NCBI GenBank assembly: GCA_045535205.1
Contig: JAZSLF010000097.1
Span: 3,860 to 67,859 of the forward strand
DNA length: 64,000 bases
Source of the DNA: Eubacteriales bacterium
GTDB taxonomy: Bacteria; Bacillota; Clostridia; Oscillospirales; CAG-272
Direction: 5' to 3'
Both the position numbers and the translations under genes were made by a program. Of this stretch, positions 19,492 through 29,590 are shown piece after piece. The notes under the pieces were generated by a model. It saw only the letters and a list, made by a program, of their open reading frames with translations. It made no database searches and was not told the origin of the DNA. The stretch's first letter is position 1. Each line of letters starts with the position of its first letter.

Positions 19492-19925
19492 GCAATCTTT
19501 TTCACAAGTCTTACTCTTGTGCCGTTACCGTTTTTGGAATAAACCTTAATTTTATCGGTAAATGTTTCCATGACCGTAAACCCCATTCCGCTTCTTTCTC
19601 CATCTGTATTTGTCGTATACATCGGCTCCATAGCCTTTTCTACATCATCAATACCGCAGCCTTTATCAATGATGTCGATAATTACAATACGTTCATCTGT
19701 AAGTGAAGCTTTAAGCTTTATGATCCCCACAGTACCGCTATAGCCGTGAACTATTGAATTGGTAACAGCTTCCGAAACAGCACATTTAATATCCGAAATA
19801 TCCTCAACGTTCGGATTCAGTTGCATCAAAAAGGAAGAGATAAATGAACGTGCAAGTGATTCATTTACGGAAACGGAAGGGAATATCAGTTGTGATGAGT
19901 TAATAATTACAGTTTTCTTTTTCAT
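19488..19925 (-). CDS. spoIIAB: anti-sigma F factor (serine kinase) SpoIIAB
   Basis: 'AVSEAVTNSIVHGY' and 'GMGFTVME' (GHKL ATPase motifs). 4-nt overlaps with both neighbouring genes. Confidence 0.9.
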   Translation of the reverse strand: MKKKTVIINSSQLIFPSVSVNESLARSFISSFLMQLNPNVEDISDIKCAVSEAVTNSIVHGYSGTVGIIKLKASLTDERIVIIDIIDKGCGIDDVEKAMEPMYTTNTDGERSGMGFTVMETFTDKIKVYSKNGNGTRVRLVKKIA

Positions 19926-20260
19926 ATTATTTTCTTCTTTCCGGTTATTTCAAAAAATTTTTCACACCCTGCAATTTTGAGGATCTTCATTACATTTTTA
20001 TTAGGATTTAAAATTTTAAAGGTTGAGCCGACTTCAGTTGAAAGTCTGTACCGCCCGAGTATAAGACCGAGACCGGAGCTGTCCATAAATGAAACGTCAG
20101 AAAGATCCAGATATATCATTTTAGGTTGCTCGATAAATATATAAGAATCTATTTTCTTTTTCAATATAGCTGCACTATGGTGATCAATATCGCCGTTAAT
20201 TCCGATCACAATACAGTTATCCTTTTTTTCTATTTTCAGTTGTTCGTCAGATGTTCTCAT
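19922..20260 (-). CDS. spoIIAA: anti-sigma F factor antagonist SpoIIAA (STAS domain)
   Basis: 'VSFMDSSGLGLILGRY' contains the phosphorylatable Ser. Confidence 0.9.
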   Translation of the reverse strand: MRTSDEQLKIEKKDNCIVIGINGDIDHHSAAILKKKIDSYIFIEQPKMIYLDLSDVSFMDSSGLGLILGRYRLSTEVGSTFKILNPNKNVMKILKIAGCEKFFEITGKKKII

Positions 20261-20422
20261 AAAATATCCCTTGTTAGTATTTTTTATTATATTGTAACGC
20301 TGCTAAGTTGAAAAGAAGGTCGAAAAACAATGCTAATAAATCTTTTTTTTATAACTTTATTGACAATTACGTTTATGTGTGTTAGACTTATATATAATAT
20401 ATAATATATAATTGGAGGTTGT

Positions 20423-21667
20423 ATGTCCATTCTTAAAGGTGCAGCTGTAATCGGTCAGTCCGGCGGTCCTACAGCAGCTATAAACGCAAGTCTTGCGGGT
20501 GTTATTAACGGACTTCTCGATAATAAGGACACAATTACCACCGTATACGGAATGAAGAACGGTATAGAAGGCTTTTTAAAGGAAGACCTCATTAATCTTT
20601 CGGAAGTATTTTCAATTCTCGGCGACAAGGAAAACGACAAGCTGAGATGCCTCTCCCTCACTCCTGCGGCAGCACTCGGTTCATGCCGTAAAAAATTACC
20701 CTCACCTGAAAGCGATCCCGAATTTTTTGAATGTCTCGTTGATCTTTTCAAAAAATATGACATAAGATATTTCTTTTATATCGGCGGCAACGATTCTATG
20801 GATACGGTTGCCAAGCTTACGGCTTATACAAAAGAGCATGATTACGATATGCGTATTATCGGAGTACCAAAAACCATTGACAATGACCTTTGCGGTACTG
20901 ACCATACCCCCGGCTTCGGTTCTGCGGCAAAATATATCGCAACAACCATGCAAGAGATCATTAGAGATTGCTCTGTATACACAGTTCCCGCAGTAACTAT
21001 TGTGGAAATAATGGGCAGAGACGCAGGCTGGCTCACAACAGCAGCCGCAATTCCCGGTCCTGTAAACGGCTACGGACCCGATTACATATATTTACCTGAA
21101 AAAACATTCAGCCTTGATAAGTTTATTGAGGACGTTAAAACAGCTCTTAATAAGCATCCGAATGTAGTAATCGCTGTTTCCGAAGGCATAAGATTTGAAG
21201 ATGGCAGATACGTAGGCGAAGGCACTCAAAGCGGTGTTGCAGACGTATTCGGACATAAATATCTTTCAGGAACCGGTAAAGCTCTTGAGCTTTACGTAAA
21301 GGAACAAATAGGATGCAAGGTACGCTCTGTTGAACTCAATATTTCACAGCGCTGTGCTTCTCATATCGCTTCTAAGACAGACATTTCCGAATCCTTCGGA
21401 GTCGGCGATTCTGCAGCAAACTGTGCAGTAAACGGTTCTACCGGCTGCATGATGTCCATAGTTCGCTTGGAAGGCGAATATGGCATCAGCTATGAACCCC
21501 GTGAGATATTCGGCATAGCAAACGCAGTAAGATGTGTTCCCGGCGAATATATCAATGACGAGGGAAATCACGTAACCGATGCTTGTATAAACTATTTGCT
21601 TCCCTTAATTAACGGCGAAGTTCAACACAAGTACAACATGGGTCTTCCCGAAATATTTGTATTTTAA
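20423..21667 (+). CDS. 6-phosphofructokinase, probably pyrophosphate-dependent
   Basis: 'GQSGGPTAAINAS', 'IGGNDSMDT' (Asp where ATP-PFKs carry GGDGS), 'PKTIDNDL' and 'MGRDAGWL'. GGAGG RBS. Confidence 0.85.
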   Translation: MSILKGAAVIGQSGGPTAAINASLAGVINGLLDNKDTITTVYGMKNGIEGFLKEDLINLSEVFSILGDKENDKLRCLSLTPAAALGSCRKKLPSPESDPEFFECLVDLFKKYDIRYFFYIGGNDSMDTVAKLTAYTKEHDYDMRIIGVPKTIDNDLCGTDHTPGFGSAAKYIATTMQEIIRDCSVYTVPAVTIVEIMGRDAGWLTTAAAIPGPVNGYGPDYIYLPEKTFSLDKFIEDVKTALNKHPNVVIAVSEGIRFEDGRYVGEGTQSGVADVFGHKYLSGTGKALELYVKEQIGCKVRSVELNISQRCASHIASKTDISESFGVGDSAANCAVNGSTGCMMSIVRLEGEYGISYEPREIFGIANAVRCVPGEYINDEGNHVTDACINYLLPLINGEVQHKYNMGLPEIFVF

Positions 21668-21705
21668 TTATATTAATAATATTTATTCTATGAAGGAGAA
21701 AAAAG

Positions 21706-21927
21706 ATGGCAGGCTTTAAGTATGAAATCGTTAAAACACTTGGCGTAGTGTCTCAGCCTAACAATGGATGGATCAAAGAACTTAACATGATCAGCTGGAA
21801 CGGCAGAGAACCTGTTTATGATCTTCGTACATGGGACGAAAGTCATGAAAGAATGGGTAAAGGCATTACACTTACAGAAGACGATCTTAAAAACCTCAAG
21901 GATCTTCTTAACGAATTAAACGTATAA
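21706..21927 (+). CDS. YdbC/PC4-like ssDNA-binding protein
   Basis: 'NGWIKELNMISWNGREPVYDLRTWDESHERMGKGITLT' closely resembles the Lactococcus YdbC family, recalled from memory. Confidence 0.65.
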   Translation: MAGFKYEIVKTLGVVSQPNNGWIKELNMISWNGREPVYDLRTWDESHERMGKGITLTEDDLKNLKDLLNELNV

Positions 21928-21974
21928 GAGACCCTGAGTTAGCTTTCGGCAGCAGAGAGCTTTATGCATTAACT

Positions 21975-22003
21975 AAAAAAAGGAAGCATTGCTTCCTTTT
22001 TTT
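21975..22003. terminator. bidirectional terminator
   Basis: AAAAAAAGGAAGC-att-GCTTCCTTTTTTT. Confidence 0.7.
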
Positions 22004-22018
22004 ATTAGGTATGAACAC

Positions 22019-22201
22019 TCATCTTGTATAATCTGCAATATTCTGCATGATGGTTCCTACGGTGTCAAGTGCATTTGCAGTTTTATACTTAATGGTCTTT
22101 TTCTTAGGCTTCATTGAGCCTATCGCAACCATTCCCACAGCAGTACCGATTATAACTCCTGTAAGAACTCCTTTAACAATACCTTTTTTCTCACCGGTCA
22201 T
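22019..22201 (-). CDS. small YtxH-like membrane-anchored protein
   Basis: 60 aa with one Gly-rich TM helix, 'GVLTGVIIGTAVGMVAIG'. Flanked by terminators on both sides. Confidence 0.4.
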   Translation of the reverse strand: MTGEKKGIVKGVLTGVIIGTAVGMVAIGSMKPKKKTIKYKTANALDTVGTIMQNIADYTR

Positions 22202-22310
22202 TTCTATGTCCCCCTTAATACACTATTTGTATATATTATTGACCTATTTCAATAAATAATACAGTATACGTACAATTTATATATAATATAATGAAACAAA
22301 TATCATATTA

Positions 22311-22339
22311 AAAAAAACTGCAGTAAGCACTGCAGTTTT
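22311..22339. terminator. hairpin terminator
   Basis: AAAAAAACTGCAG-taagca-CTGCAGTTTT. Confidence 0.6.
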
Positions 22340-22360
22340 ATTTATAACAAATAGTTTAGT

Positions 22361-23131
22361 TTATAGGTTCTGACGAAGCACCTCGTAGGACAGTATAGAA
22401 GCAGCACTTGCCGCTGAAAGAGAACCGTTGAAATCTCTGCCGTATTCAAGTCTGACAACAATATCACACAAATCAAGAACTGAGCGAGAGATACCTCGTT
22501 TTTCTCCTCCTACTATAAGGAATAAAGGCTTCTTTAAATCAGCGTCGAACGCTGAAACTGAGTTTCTGATACCTGCCGCAACTATTTTATAATCCTTACC
22601 TCTGAATACGGATACAGCATCCTCGGGTGAAGCAGCAAAAATCGGAATAAGCTCTGATGCTCCTGCTGACGAACGGCAAACAACACCTGCGGCACTCATC
22701 CAATTGCGAGGCGAAAGAATTATTCCGTTCGCTCCGGCTGCAAATATCGTTCGTATGGCATAACCGAAATTATAAGGATCCTCAATACCCTCTATCATTA
22801 CGTAAAAGCCGCTACTGTCAATTTTGTCAGGAGCAAGACAGGGAATAGTTCTGTCCGAACAAAAAGCGATAATACCGCCGTGGCTGTTACCTGTTGTAAA
22901 AGAGTCGATTTCTCCGCTGTCAACAAAGCTTATATCAAACCCCTCGGCTTTGGCACAGCGTTCAAGAAAAGCTATTTCTTTTTCTTTGCTCCTTCTCTTT
23001 GCATTATCGATCAAAACCCTCTCAATGTGACGGTCCGTTACACCGTTTTTTCTGCCGTTGATCACGGCACTTATGGAGGTCATTCCTTCAAATACTGTTG
23101 AAGGAACCTGTCTGGTGGCTTCCTGCTTCAT
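22361..23131 (-). CDS. TrmH/SpoU-family RNA 2'-O-methyltransferase (RlmB-like)
   Basis: SPOUT motifs 'DPYNFGYAIRT', 'LIVGGEKRGIS' and 'SLSAASAASILSYE'. Start overlaps the prfB stop (TAATG). Confidence 0.8.
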   Translation of the reverse strand: MKQEATRQVPSTVFEGMTSISAVINGRKNGVTDRHIERVLIDNAKRRSKEKEIAFLERCAKAEGFDISFVDSGEIDSFTTGNSHGGIIAFCSDRTIPCLAPDKIDSSGFYVMIEGIEDPYNFGYAIRTIFAAGANGIILSPRNWMSAAGVVCRSSAGASELIPIFAASPEDAVSVFRGKDYKIVAAGIRNSVSAFDADLKKPLFLIVGGEKRGISRSVLDLCDIVVRLEYGRDFNGSLSAASAASILSYEVLRQNL

Positions 23132-24240
23132 TATTTGCCTGCGTTCATTTTAAGATATGCGTTTATAAAGCCGTCAATTTCACCGTCCATAACGGACTGA
23201 ATATTGCCGTCCTCATAGCCTGTACGTGTATCCTTCGCAAGAGTGTAAGGCATAAACACATATGAACGTATCTGTGCACCCCATTCAATATTTGTTTTAA
23301 CCCCTTTGATGTCGTCGATTTTTTCAAGCTTTTCTCTTTGCTTAATTTCCATAAGTTTTGATTTTAGCATCTTCATTGCAGTTTCCTTGTTCTGAAGCTG
23401 GCTTCTTTCTGTCTGACATCCGACAACAATGCCTGTGGGAATATGAAGAATTCTGATGGCGGAGTCGGTTTTATTAATATGCTGACCGCCCGCACCGCTT
23501 GAACGGTGGGCTGTGATCTCAAGGTCTTCATCACGAATTTCAATCGTATTATCATCCTCAAATTCAGGCATAACTTCAACAGAAGCGAATGAAGTATGTC
23601 TTCTTCCGGAGGAATCAAACGGGGATACTCTTACAAGGCGGTGAACACCGTTTTCGCTTTTAAGATAGCCGTAGGCATTAATTCCTTCAACCATTATTGT
23701 TGCTGATTTAAGGCCTGCTTCTTCACCGTCAAGCCAGTCGATGAGCTTAACGTTATAGCCATGCTTTTCGCCCCATCTCGTATACATTCTGTAAAGCATA
23801 AGTGCCCAGTCCTGAGCCTCAGTTCCGCCTGCACCGGGATGAAAACTGAGAATAGCGTTATTTCTGTCATATTCTCCTGAAAGAAGAATTTCAATTCTTT
23901 GACGTTCTTCTTCTTTTTCAATATCAGCAACATCATTTACGATTTCATCAACGAGAGATTCATCGTTCTCCTCGATGGCCATTTCACAAAGAACGAGAGT
24001 GTCCTCAACCTTTTGTACGAGCTTTTCGTAAGCTTCGATTTTTGATTTTAACTGTTTAATATTTCTGAGTATTTTTCCGGAATTATCCGAATCAGACCAA
24101 AAATTAGGATCAAGAGTAAGCTTTTCAAGCTCCTCGGCCTCATTTTTAAGATCATTTATACGCAAAGCTGCACCGAGTTCAACGAGCTTTTCATCAAAAT
24201 TTGAAAGTGTATATTTTGCATCTTCAAGAGCGATAATCAC
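23131..24240 (-). CDS. prfB: peptide chain release factor 2
   Basis: 'SGAGGQHINKTDSAIR' (GGQ) and 'SPF' in 'RVSPFDS'. Uninterrupted ORF from a GTG with AAGGAGG RBS, so no +1 frameshift site. Confidence 0.93.
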   Translation of the reverse strand: MIIALEDAKYTLSNFDEKLVELGAALRINDLKNEAEELEKLTLDPNFWSDSDNSGKILRNIKQLKSKIEAYEKLVQKVEDTLVLCEMAIEENDESLVDEIVNDVADIEKEEERQRIEILLSGEYDRNNAILSFHPGAGGTEAQDWALMLYRMYTRWGEKHGYNVKLIDWLDGEEAGLKSATIMVEGINAYGYLKSENGVHRLVRVSPFDSSGRRHTSFASVEVMPEFEDDNTIEIRDEDLEITAHRSSGAGGQHINKTDSAIRILHIPTGIVVGCQTERSQLQNKETAMKMLKSKLMEIKQREKLEKIDDIKGVKTNIEWGAQIRSYVFMPYTLAKDTRTGYEDGNIQSVMDGEIDGFINAYLKMNAGK

Positions 24241-24258
24241 AATTAAATCCTCCTTAGG

Positions 24259-24477
24259 TTATTCTTCATCAGACTCTATATCAATGTATTCAAGCGGCTC
24301 TACCTTTAAGGTCTTGGGCGGAATACGTTTCAGCGGATCATAAACAAATTTGCGGCAACAATAAGCAGCATCTACAATTCCGTTTAATTCGCACAAAACA
24401 TTATCAGGATCAAAAATCAGTCTTGAATGCTCACATTTGGCACAGATCTGCTCCAGTTCCATTTGTTTTATCTTCAT
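24259..24477 (-). CDS. hypothetical small Cys-rich protein
   Basis: 72 aa with 'CAKCEH' ... 'C' ... 'CC', a possible zinc-binding pattern, and an acidic tail. Lies between ylbJ and prfB on the same strand. Confidence 0.45.
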   Translation of the reverse strand: MKIKQMELEQICAKCEHSRLIFDPDNVLCELNGIVDAAYCCRKFVYDPLKRIPPKTLKVEPLEYIDIESDEE

Positions 24478-24533
24478 ATAAAACTCCGATCAAATTCTTA
24501 CTTAGCTTATTATACTTTAAATATATTAGGAAA

Positions 24534-25592
24534 TCAAGACTTTTCTCGTGACTTATAAAGATTTAAACAAAATTGTATTGCGACAGTACATAAATAAGCA
24601 ATGATTATTGTCAAAGTAACCAGCGAAGGCGTTCCTCCGTGTAAAACGTTTACAGTTCCGCTTTCCGTAGATGCAGACTGAAGTTCAATATTGGTCGGTA
24701 AAAAGCAATAACAAAAGACAGAGGTTAAAACTCCTTGCATTAGTTTAAGAATAAAGAAATGCCGCACGTTAATATTTTCTTTCCTTAAAAATATTATGCT
24801 CTGGAGTATTACGGACATACCGGAAAATCCGGCGGAGAACGCACAAACAGCAAGTGCATCCGAATATTGAAGCTGCACAGCCTCCGCACAGCCTCTCGAC
24901 ATCTCAAGTATTGCTGCAGTAATACATACAAAAACAGACGGAAGTCCTGCTTTATTTATAATTCCGGCAGAATAATTGATTATTATTGAAAAAAATGAAA
25001 TAAAGGCAGCAATATTTATACATGATATTGCAGAGCCTGTAACTGAATTTTTAAAGCTTTCCAAGAGGTCATAACGGTTACTGTCATATACCGTATGATT
25101 TTGGTTTGTTCGGTATATTTGCCTCTTTGTTAAAAGCAAGTATAAAACAGAAACAATTACAGAACACAATAATTGGGTTGCATATAAGAATACTCCGATA
25201 TTTCTGCACGAAAACAGTTTTTCACCAACGTAAAAGATCAAAAAAGACGGGCTTACGTTATTACATAAAACAGCCGATATTACAGCTCCTTTTTCAGAAA
25301 TGTCACCCTCGCTTTTCATTCTCGATGTCAGCTTCGCACCGATGGGAAATCCACACAGATTTGATAAAACAAAGACAAATATATATTTATTTAAACGGTT
25401 ACTGCTTTTGTCAGTATGATAGAGTAAGGAAATTATTAAATCCGATACTACCATCAGCGGAAATATTGACGGAATTATTCCTTTTGTTGTATTAATGACG
25501 GCACCGAGTACAGCCTCACTTGCTACTGCGGGGGAAACAACTATTGCCGAAAGTAAAACAGCAAGTATCAAAGACAATATCAATCTTTTCAT
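24534..25592 (-). CDS. ylbJ: sporulation integral membrane protein YlbJ-like
   Basis: 'GFPIGAKLTSRMKSEGDISEKGAVISAVLCNNVSPSFLIFYVG' matches the YlbJ pattern G.P.GAK...G..S...A......NN.SP.F. Confidence 0.65.
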   Translation of the reverse strand: MKRLILSLILAVLLSAIVVSPAVASEAVLGAVINTTKGIIPSIFPLMVVSDLIISLLYHTDKSSNRLNKYIFVFVLSNLCGFPIGAKLTSRMKSEGDISEKGAVISAVLCNNVSPSFLIFYVGEKLFSCRNIGVFLYATQLLCSVIVSVLYLLLTKRQIYRTNQNHTVYDSNRYDLLESFKNSVTGSAISCINIAAFISFFSIIINYSAGIINKAGLPSVFVCITAAILEMSRGCAEAVQLQYSDALAVCAFSAGFSGMSVILQSIIFLRKENINVRHFFILKLMQGVLTSVFCYCFLPTNIELQSASTESGTVNVLHGGTPSLVTLTIIIAYLCTVAIQFCLNLYKSREKS

Positions 25593-25704
25593 TTGGAATA
25601 TCCTTAAATATTGAATTTAGTAAGTATTGAGTGCATATTTTTATAATACATATCTAGTCATTATAATTTATTATTCATGACTGAAAAATATTACGGAGGT
25701 GCAT

Positions 25705-25974
25705 ATGAAGGGTAAAGGTAAATACATATTCGAAAAACTTACGGATATAGGAGCCGAAATAACAAGCAATACTGTAGTGGAGATACACATCGGGACGGTT
25801 TGCTACGTTTCGGGATGTAACAGTATCACGTCTTACGAAGATGATTGTATAAAAATGAACTGTGGTGATGTAGAGCTGTCTTTTGAAGGCAACGGACTGA
25901 GTCTTGAAAATCTGATCAACGGACAGCTGTCTGTTTGCGGAAAGATCAAAAAGGTGGAGTTTATGTATGATTAA
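25705..25974 (+). CDS. yqfC: sporulation protein YqfC
   Basis: About 90-aa YabP/YqfC-like protein directly upstream of yqfD-phoH-ybeY-era-recO, the same order as B. subtilis yqfC-yqfD-phoH...era-recO. GGAGG lies 5 nt before ATG 25705. Confidence 0.7.
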   Translation: MKGKGKYIFEKLTDIGAEITSNTVVEIHIGTVCYVSGCNSITSYEDDCIKMNCGDVELSFEGNGLSLENLINGQLSVCGKIKKVEFMYD

Positions 25975-27148
25975 TTATTTTACATTTATCATATGCGGAA
26001 GCTACAGAATAACACTTCCCGTAAAATACAGAGAATCAGCTGTCAATCATCTTTTGAAAAACAAGATAAGATACAAAAATTTGACAAATAACGGAATAGA
26101 GTTCGGATTTGATATTTTATCCTTCAGTAAAAAGAGGCTGACGGAGTCATTCAGAGAAAAAGCAATTCCGTTTTCTGAAAGCAAAATAAAAGGTGCACCA
26201 AAGCTGCTGTTAAAATACCGCAACAGATACGGTATTTTTATAGGAATTATCATCTTTTTCATAGCTGTTTTCCTTTCTCAAAACTATGTTTGGTATATGG
26301 ATGTGAAGGGCTGTAAAAACGTATCGCCGGAATCGGTATTGGAAAATCTTGAACAATTGGGATTTACATACGGAACAAATTACAAAAAAACAGATTTCGA
26401 TTACCTCAGACATAATTATCTCAAAATTAACGATGACCTGTGTTGGATCTCCGTAAATATGCAGGGAACGTATGCACACGTTGAAGTAAGGGAGCTGTCA
26501 GACCCTCCGGATAAGTTAAATTCGGGGTGCTCAAACATAATAGCTTCGGAAAGCGGACAAATAGTAATCGTTGAATGCTACGAAGGCTCACCCGCCGTCT
26601 CGTCGGGTGATTACGTTACATCTGGAGATCTGCTCATAAGCGGACTCATGACATCCGGTGAGGACAGCTTGAGATACGAAAGAGCCGACGGACGTGTTTT
26701 AGCTCAGGTCGAACGCAAATTCAAAGTGATAATTCCCAAAACAAAGCTGAATAAAACTTATACAGAAGAACAAAAGAGAGATGTTGAATTGATTTTTTTC
26801 AAAAAAACTGTAAAAGTTTTCGGAAACTGTAGAATTTCGTATGCGGAATATGATACAATAATAAATAAACAACAGTTGAATTTATTCGGCTATATTGATC
26901 TTCCGTTATTTGTTAACTTAAAAACATATGTCCCGTATTCAAGCGAAAGCATAGAGCTATCGGAAACAGAGATTTCGGAAATGAAAAAGAAATTGATTTC
27001 AAAGAGAACTGCGGAAGCCGCAAGCGATGCTGAGCTTATCGCCGTTGAAACGGTAGAATTTGAAAAAGAAAACGAGCTTATCGTTATAGGAACGGTAACC
27101 TGTGTTGCGGATATAGGGGAGAGTATTGAAGTCGATATACAAAACTGA
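25967..27148 (+). CDS. yqfD: sporulation protein YqfD
   Basis: 393 aa with a central TM helix. Position is conserved between yqfC and phoH. Overlaps the yqfC stop. Confidence 0.75.
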   Translation: MINYFTFIICGSYRITLPVKYRESAVNHLLKNKIRYKNLTNNGIEFGFDILSFSKKRLTESFREKAIPFSESKIKGAPKLLLKYRNRYGIFIGIIIFFIAVFLSQNYVWYMDVKGCKNVSPESVLENLEQLGFTYGTNYKKTDFDYLRHNYLKINDDLCWISVNMQGTYAHVEVRELSDPPDKLNSGCSNIIASESGQIVIVECYEGSPAVSSGDYVTSGDLLISGLMTSGEDSLRYERADGRVLAQVERKFKVIIPKTKLNKTYTEEQKRDVELIFFKKTVKVFGNCRISYAEYDTIINKQQLNLFGYIDLPLFVNLKTYVPYSSESIELSETEISEMKKKLISKRTAEAASDAELIAVETVEFEKENELIVIGTVTCVADIGESIEVDIQN

Positions 27149-27163
27149 AAAAATATAAAGCAG

Positions 27164-28204
27164 GTGACTGTCATCAAAAGACTTTTAAACACACAAAGTA
27201 CAGAAATGACTGCCAAGATATTCGGCAGCTATGATAAAAACGTAAGAAGGCTTGAGGATAGCTTCGGGGTCAGAATTACAAACAGAAATTCAGACGAAGC
27301 TTTCGGTGACGTTATCGTTATTGACGGAGAAGATTCAGCGTGCGAAAACGCTTATAAAGCGATGGTATACATGAAAAAGATCGCAACTCTTAACGATGAT
27401 GTAACCGATCAGAACGTTGAATACGCAATAGGTATGGTAAGCGACGACAGATTTGAAGAGTTGGAGGGGTTCGACGAGGATTGCTTTTGTGTAACTGCAA
27501 AAGGAAAACCCGTTAAGGCGAAAACAGTCGGTCAAAAGAAATATGTCGATGCAATACGCAAAAACACCGTCGTTCTCGGCGTAGGACCTGCAGGCACAGG
27601 TAAAACATATCTTGCCGTTGCCATGGCTGTAAAAGCACTTAGGGCACATGAAGTATCAAGAATAATTCTTACTCGTCCCGCTGTCGAAGCAGGGGAGAGA
27701 CTTGGATTTCTTCCGGGTGATCTTCAAAGTAAGATAGATCCTTATCTCAGACCTTTGTACGATGCCCTCTATGATATGCTCGGACCTGAGAACTGTCAAA
27801 GACTGATGGAGAAAATGACCATAGAAATTGCCCCTCTCGCATACATGAGAGGCCGAACTCTTGACGATTCATTTATAATTCTTGACGAAGCTCAGAACAC
27901 GACCTGTGAACAAATGAAAATGTTTCTTACAAGACTCGGTCAGGGCTCTAAGGCCGTAGTCACGGGTGACCTTACTCAGACAGACCTTCCTCACGGGCAA
28001 AAAAGCGGTCTTGCACAGGCGGTCAGAATACTTGAAGGTGTTGAAGATATCGTAATACATCAGTTTACTGAAAGAGACGTAGTGCGACACAGACTTGTAC
28101 AGCGAATAATTGCGGCTTACGATAAATACGAGCGAACAAGATCTGCCCGTACAGATAAAGTAAAATATAAAGTAAAAAGGAATAACAGCGGAGAGAAAAA
28201 ATGA
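27164..28204 (+). CDS. phoH: PhoH family ATPase
   Basis: Walker A 'GPAGTGKTYLAVA', 'ILDEAQN' and 'VVTGDLTQTDLP'. Confidence 0.9.
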   Translation: MTVIKRLLNTQSTEMTAKIFGSYDKNVRRLEDSFGVRITNRNSDEAFGDVIVIDGEDSACENAYKAMVYMKKIATLNDDVTDQNVEYAIGMVSDDRFEELEGFDEDCFCVTAKGKPVKAKTVGQKKYVDAIRKNTVVLGVGPAGTGKTYLAVAMAVKALRAHEVSRIILTRPAVEAGERLGFLPGDLQSKIDPYLRPLYDALYDMLGPENCQRLMEKMTIEIAPLAYMRGRTLDDSFIILDEAQNTTCEQMKMFLTRLGQGSKAVVTGDLTQTDLPHGQKSGLAQAVRILEGVEDIVIHQFTERDVVRHRLVQRIIAAYDKYERTRSARTDKVKYKVKRNNSGEKK

Positions 28205-28671
28205 GCATTACCGTATATTACAGCAATAAGTTAAAAGAAACCACCGAAACAATAGGTCTTCTTTTCCTCGTAAAAAAAGCAATCAGAGAAACACTCGATT
28301 ATATGAATTTCCCTTATGATACGGAAGTTTCGGTTACATTTTGCGGTGACGAGCATATCCGTACTCTTAATGCAAAATTCAGAAATAAGGATACCGTAAC
28401 AGACGTACTGTCATTTCCTCTCAATGATTTCAGAAACGGAGACGTGCCCGACGAAGAGCTGACAGAGCTCGGCGATATTGTGATCAATCTTAAAAGAGCA
28501 AAAGAACAAGCGGACGAATACGGACATACCTATGAAAGAGAAGTCGCTTTTTTGGCGGTTCATTCAACGCTTCACCTTCTCGGAATTGACCATGAAGTAT
28601 CAGAGGAAGAAGATAAATTCATGTGCGAGCTTCAAAATGAAGTGATGAAAAAACTCGGACTTACAAGATAA
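28201..28671 (+). CDS. ybeY: rRNA maturation endoribonuclease YbeY
   Basis: Zinc motif 'HSTLHLLGIDHE'. ATGA overlap with phoH. Confidence 0.9.
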   Translation: MSITVYYSNKLKETTETIGLLFLVKKAIRETLDYMNFPYDTEVSVTFCGDEHIRTLNAKFRNKDTVTDVLSFPLNDFRNGDVPDEELTELGDIVINLKRAKEQADEYGHTYEREVAFLAVHSTLHLLGIDHEVSEEEDKFMCELQNEVMKKLGLTR

Positions 28672-28688
28672 GCTGTGAGGTAAAAACA

Positions 28689-29585
28689 ATGAAAAAAACA
28701 GGCTTTATTTCTATAGTAGGACGTCCCAACGTAGGCAAATCAACTCTTTTGAATGCAATTTTAGGAGAAAAAATTGCCATAGTTTCCAGCAAGCCCCAGA
28801 CTACACGAAACAGAATTACAGGAATTCACACAGTAGGTGAAAACCAATTTGTATTTCTTGATACCCCCGGTGTGCACAGCCCCAAAACAAAACTCGGCAG
28901 CTATATGATGAAATCGGTACGAAGCTCAATAGTATCCTCTGATGCCGTTGTATTTATAGTTGAAGCGGGATACCCCGCAGGAGAGATTGAAAAGAGAATT
29001 ATCCAGAAGATCAAAAAAAGCGGTCTGCCTTGTGTTATCGTCATAAACAAGATCGACCTTGTAAACAGAGAAAGACTTGCAGAAACAATAGCCGAATACT
29101 CAACTCTTCATAATTTTGATGCATATGTACCTGTAAGTGCGGCAAAAGGTAAAAATGTTGAAATAGTTCTTGAGGAATGTGAAAAATTCCTTTATGAATC
29201 TGAATGGATGTTCCCCGACGATATAGTGACCGACCAACCCGAAAGACAGATCGCTGCTGAAATAGTCAGAGAAAAGCTTCTCAGAATGCTTAGTGATGAG
29301 ATTCCCCACGGGACAGCTGTTGTCATCGAAGAATTTAAGGATGAAGGAAAAATCATCAAAATCCGTGCGGAAATTTTCTGTGAAAGACAGTCTCACAAAG
29401 GTATTATTCTCGGCAAAGGCGGAGAAATGCTTAAAAAAATAGGCACCTACGCAAGAGAAGATATGGAAGAGTTTTTCGGTGTTCAGGTATACCTGAATTT
29501 ATGGGTAAAGGTCAAGGAAAAATGGCGTGACAGCGATTCTAATCTCAGCAATTTCGGCTTTAATCCCGCAAAGATCGATTCATAA
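28689..29585 (+). CDS. era: GTPase Era
   Basis: 'GRPNVGKSTLLN', 'DTPG', 'NKIDL' and a C-terminal KH domain. Confidence 0.93.
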   Translation: MKKTGFISIVGRPNVGKSTLLNAILGEKIAIVSSKPQTTRNRITGIHTVGENQFVFLDTPGVHSPKTKLGSYMMKSVRSSIVSSDAVVFIVEAGYPAGEIEKRIIQKIKKSGLPCVIVINKIDLVNRERLAETIAEYSTLHNFDAYVPVSAAKGKNVEIVLEECEKFLYESEWMFPDDIVTDQPERQIAAEIVREKLLRMLSDEIPHGTAVVIEEFKDEGKIIKIRAEIFCERQSHKGIILGKGGEMLKKIGTYAREDMEEFFGVQVYLNLWVKVKEKWRDSDSNLSNFGFNPAKIDS

Positions 29586-29590
29586 GAATA

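Noticed and set aside
20318-20324. Spo0A-box-like GGTCGAA (TTCGACC on the spoIIA strand) upstream of spoIIAA, and a search for a sigma-H promoter.
   Set aside because: The match to TGTCGAA is only 6/7, there is a single copy, and I could not find a convincing sigma-H -35/-10 pair. Too weak to annotate.
23131-24240. Looked for the programmed +1 frameshift site (CUU UGA C-type) typical of prfB.
   Set aside because: The ORF is continuous from a GTG with an AAGGAGG RBS. The N-terminal 'LVELGAALRINDLKNE' covers the position where frameshifting RF2 genes have 'L-stop-D'. This is a non-frameshifted prfB, which occurs naturally in some Firmicutes.
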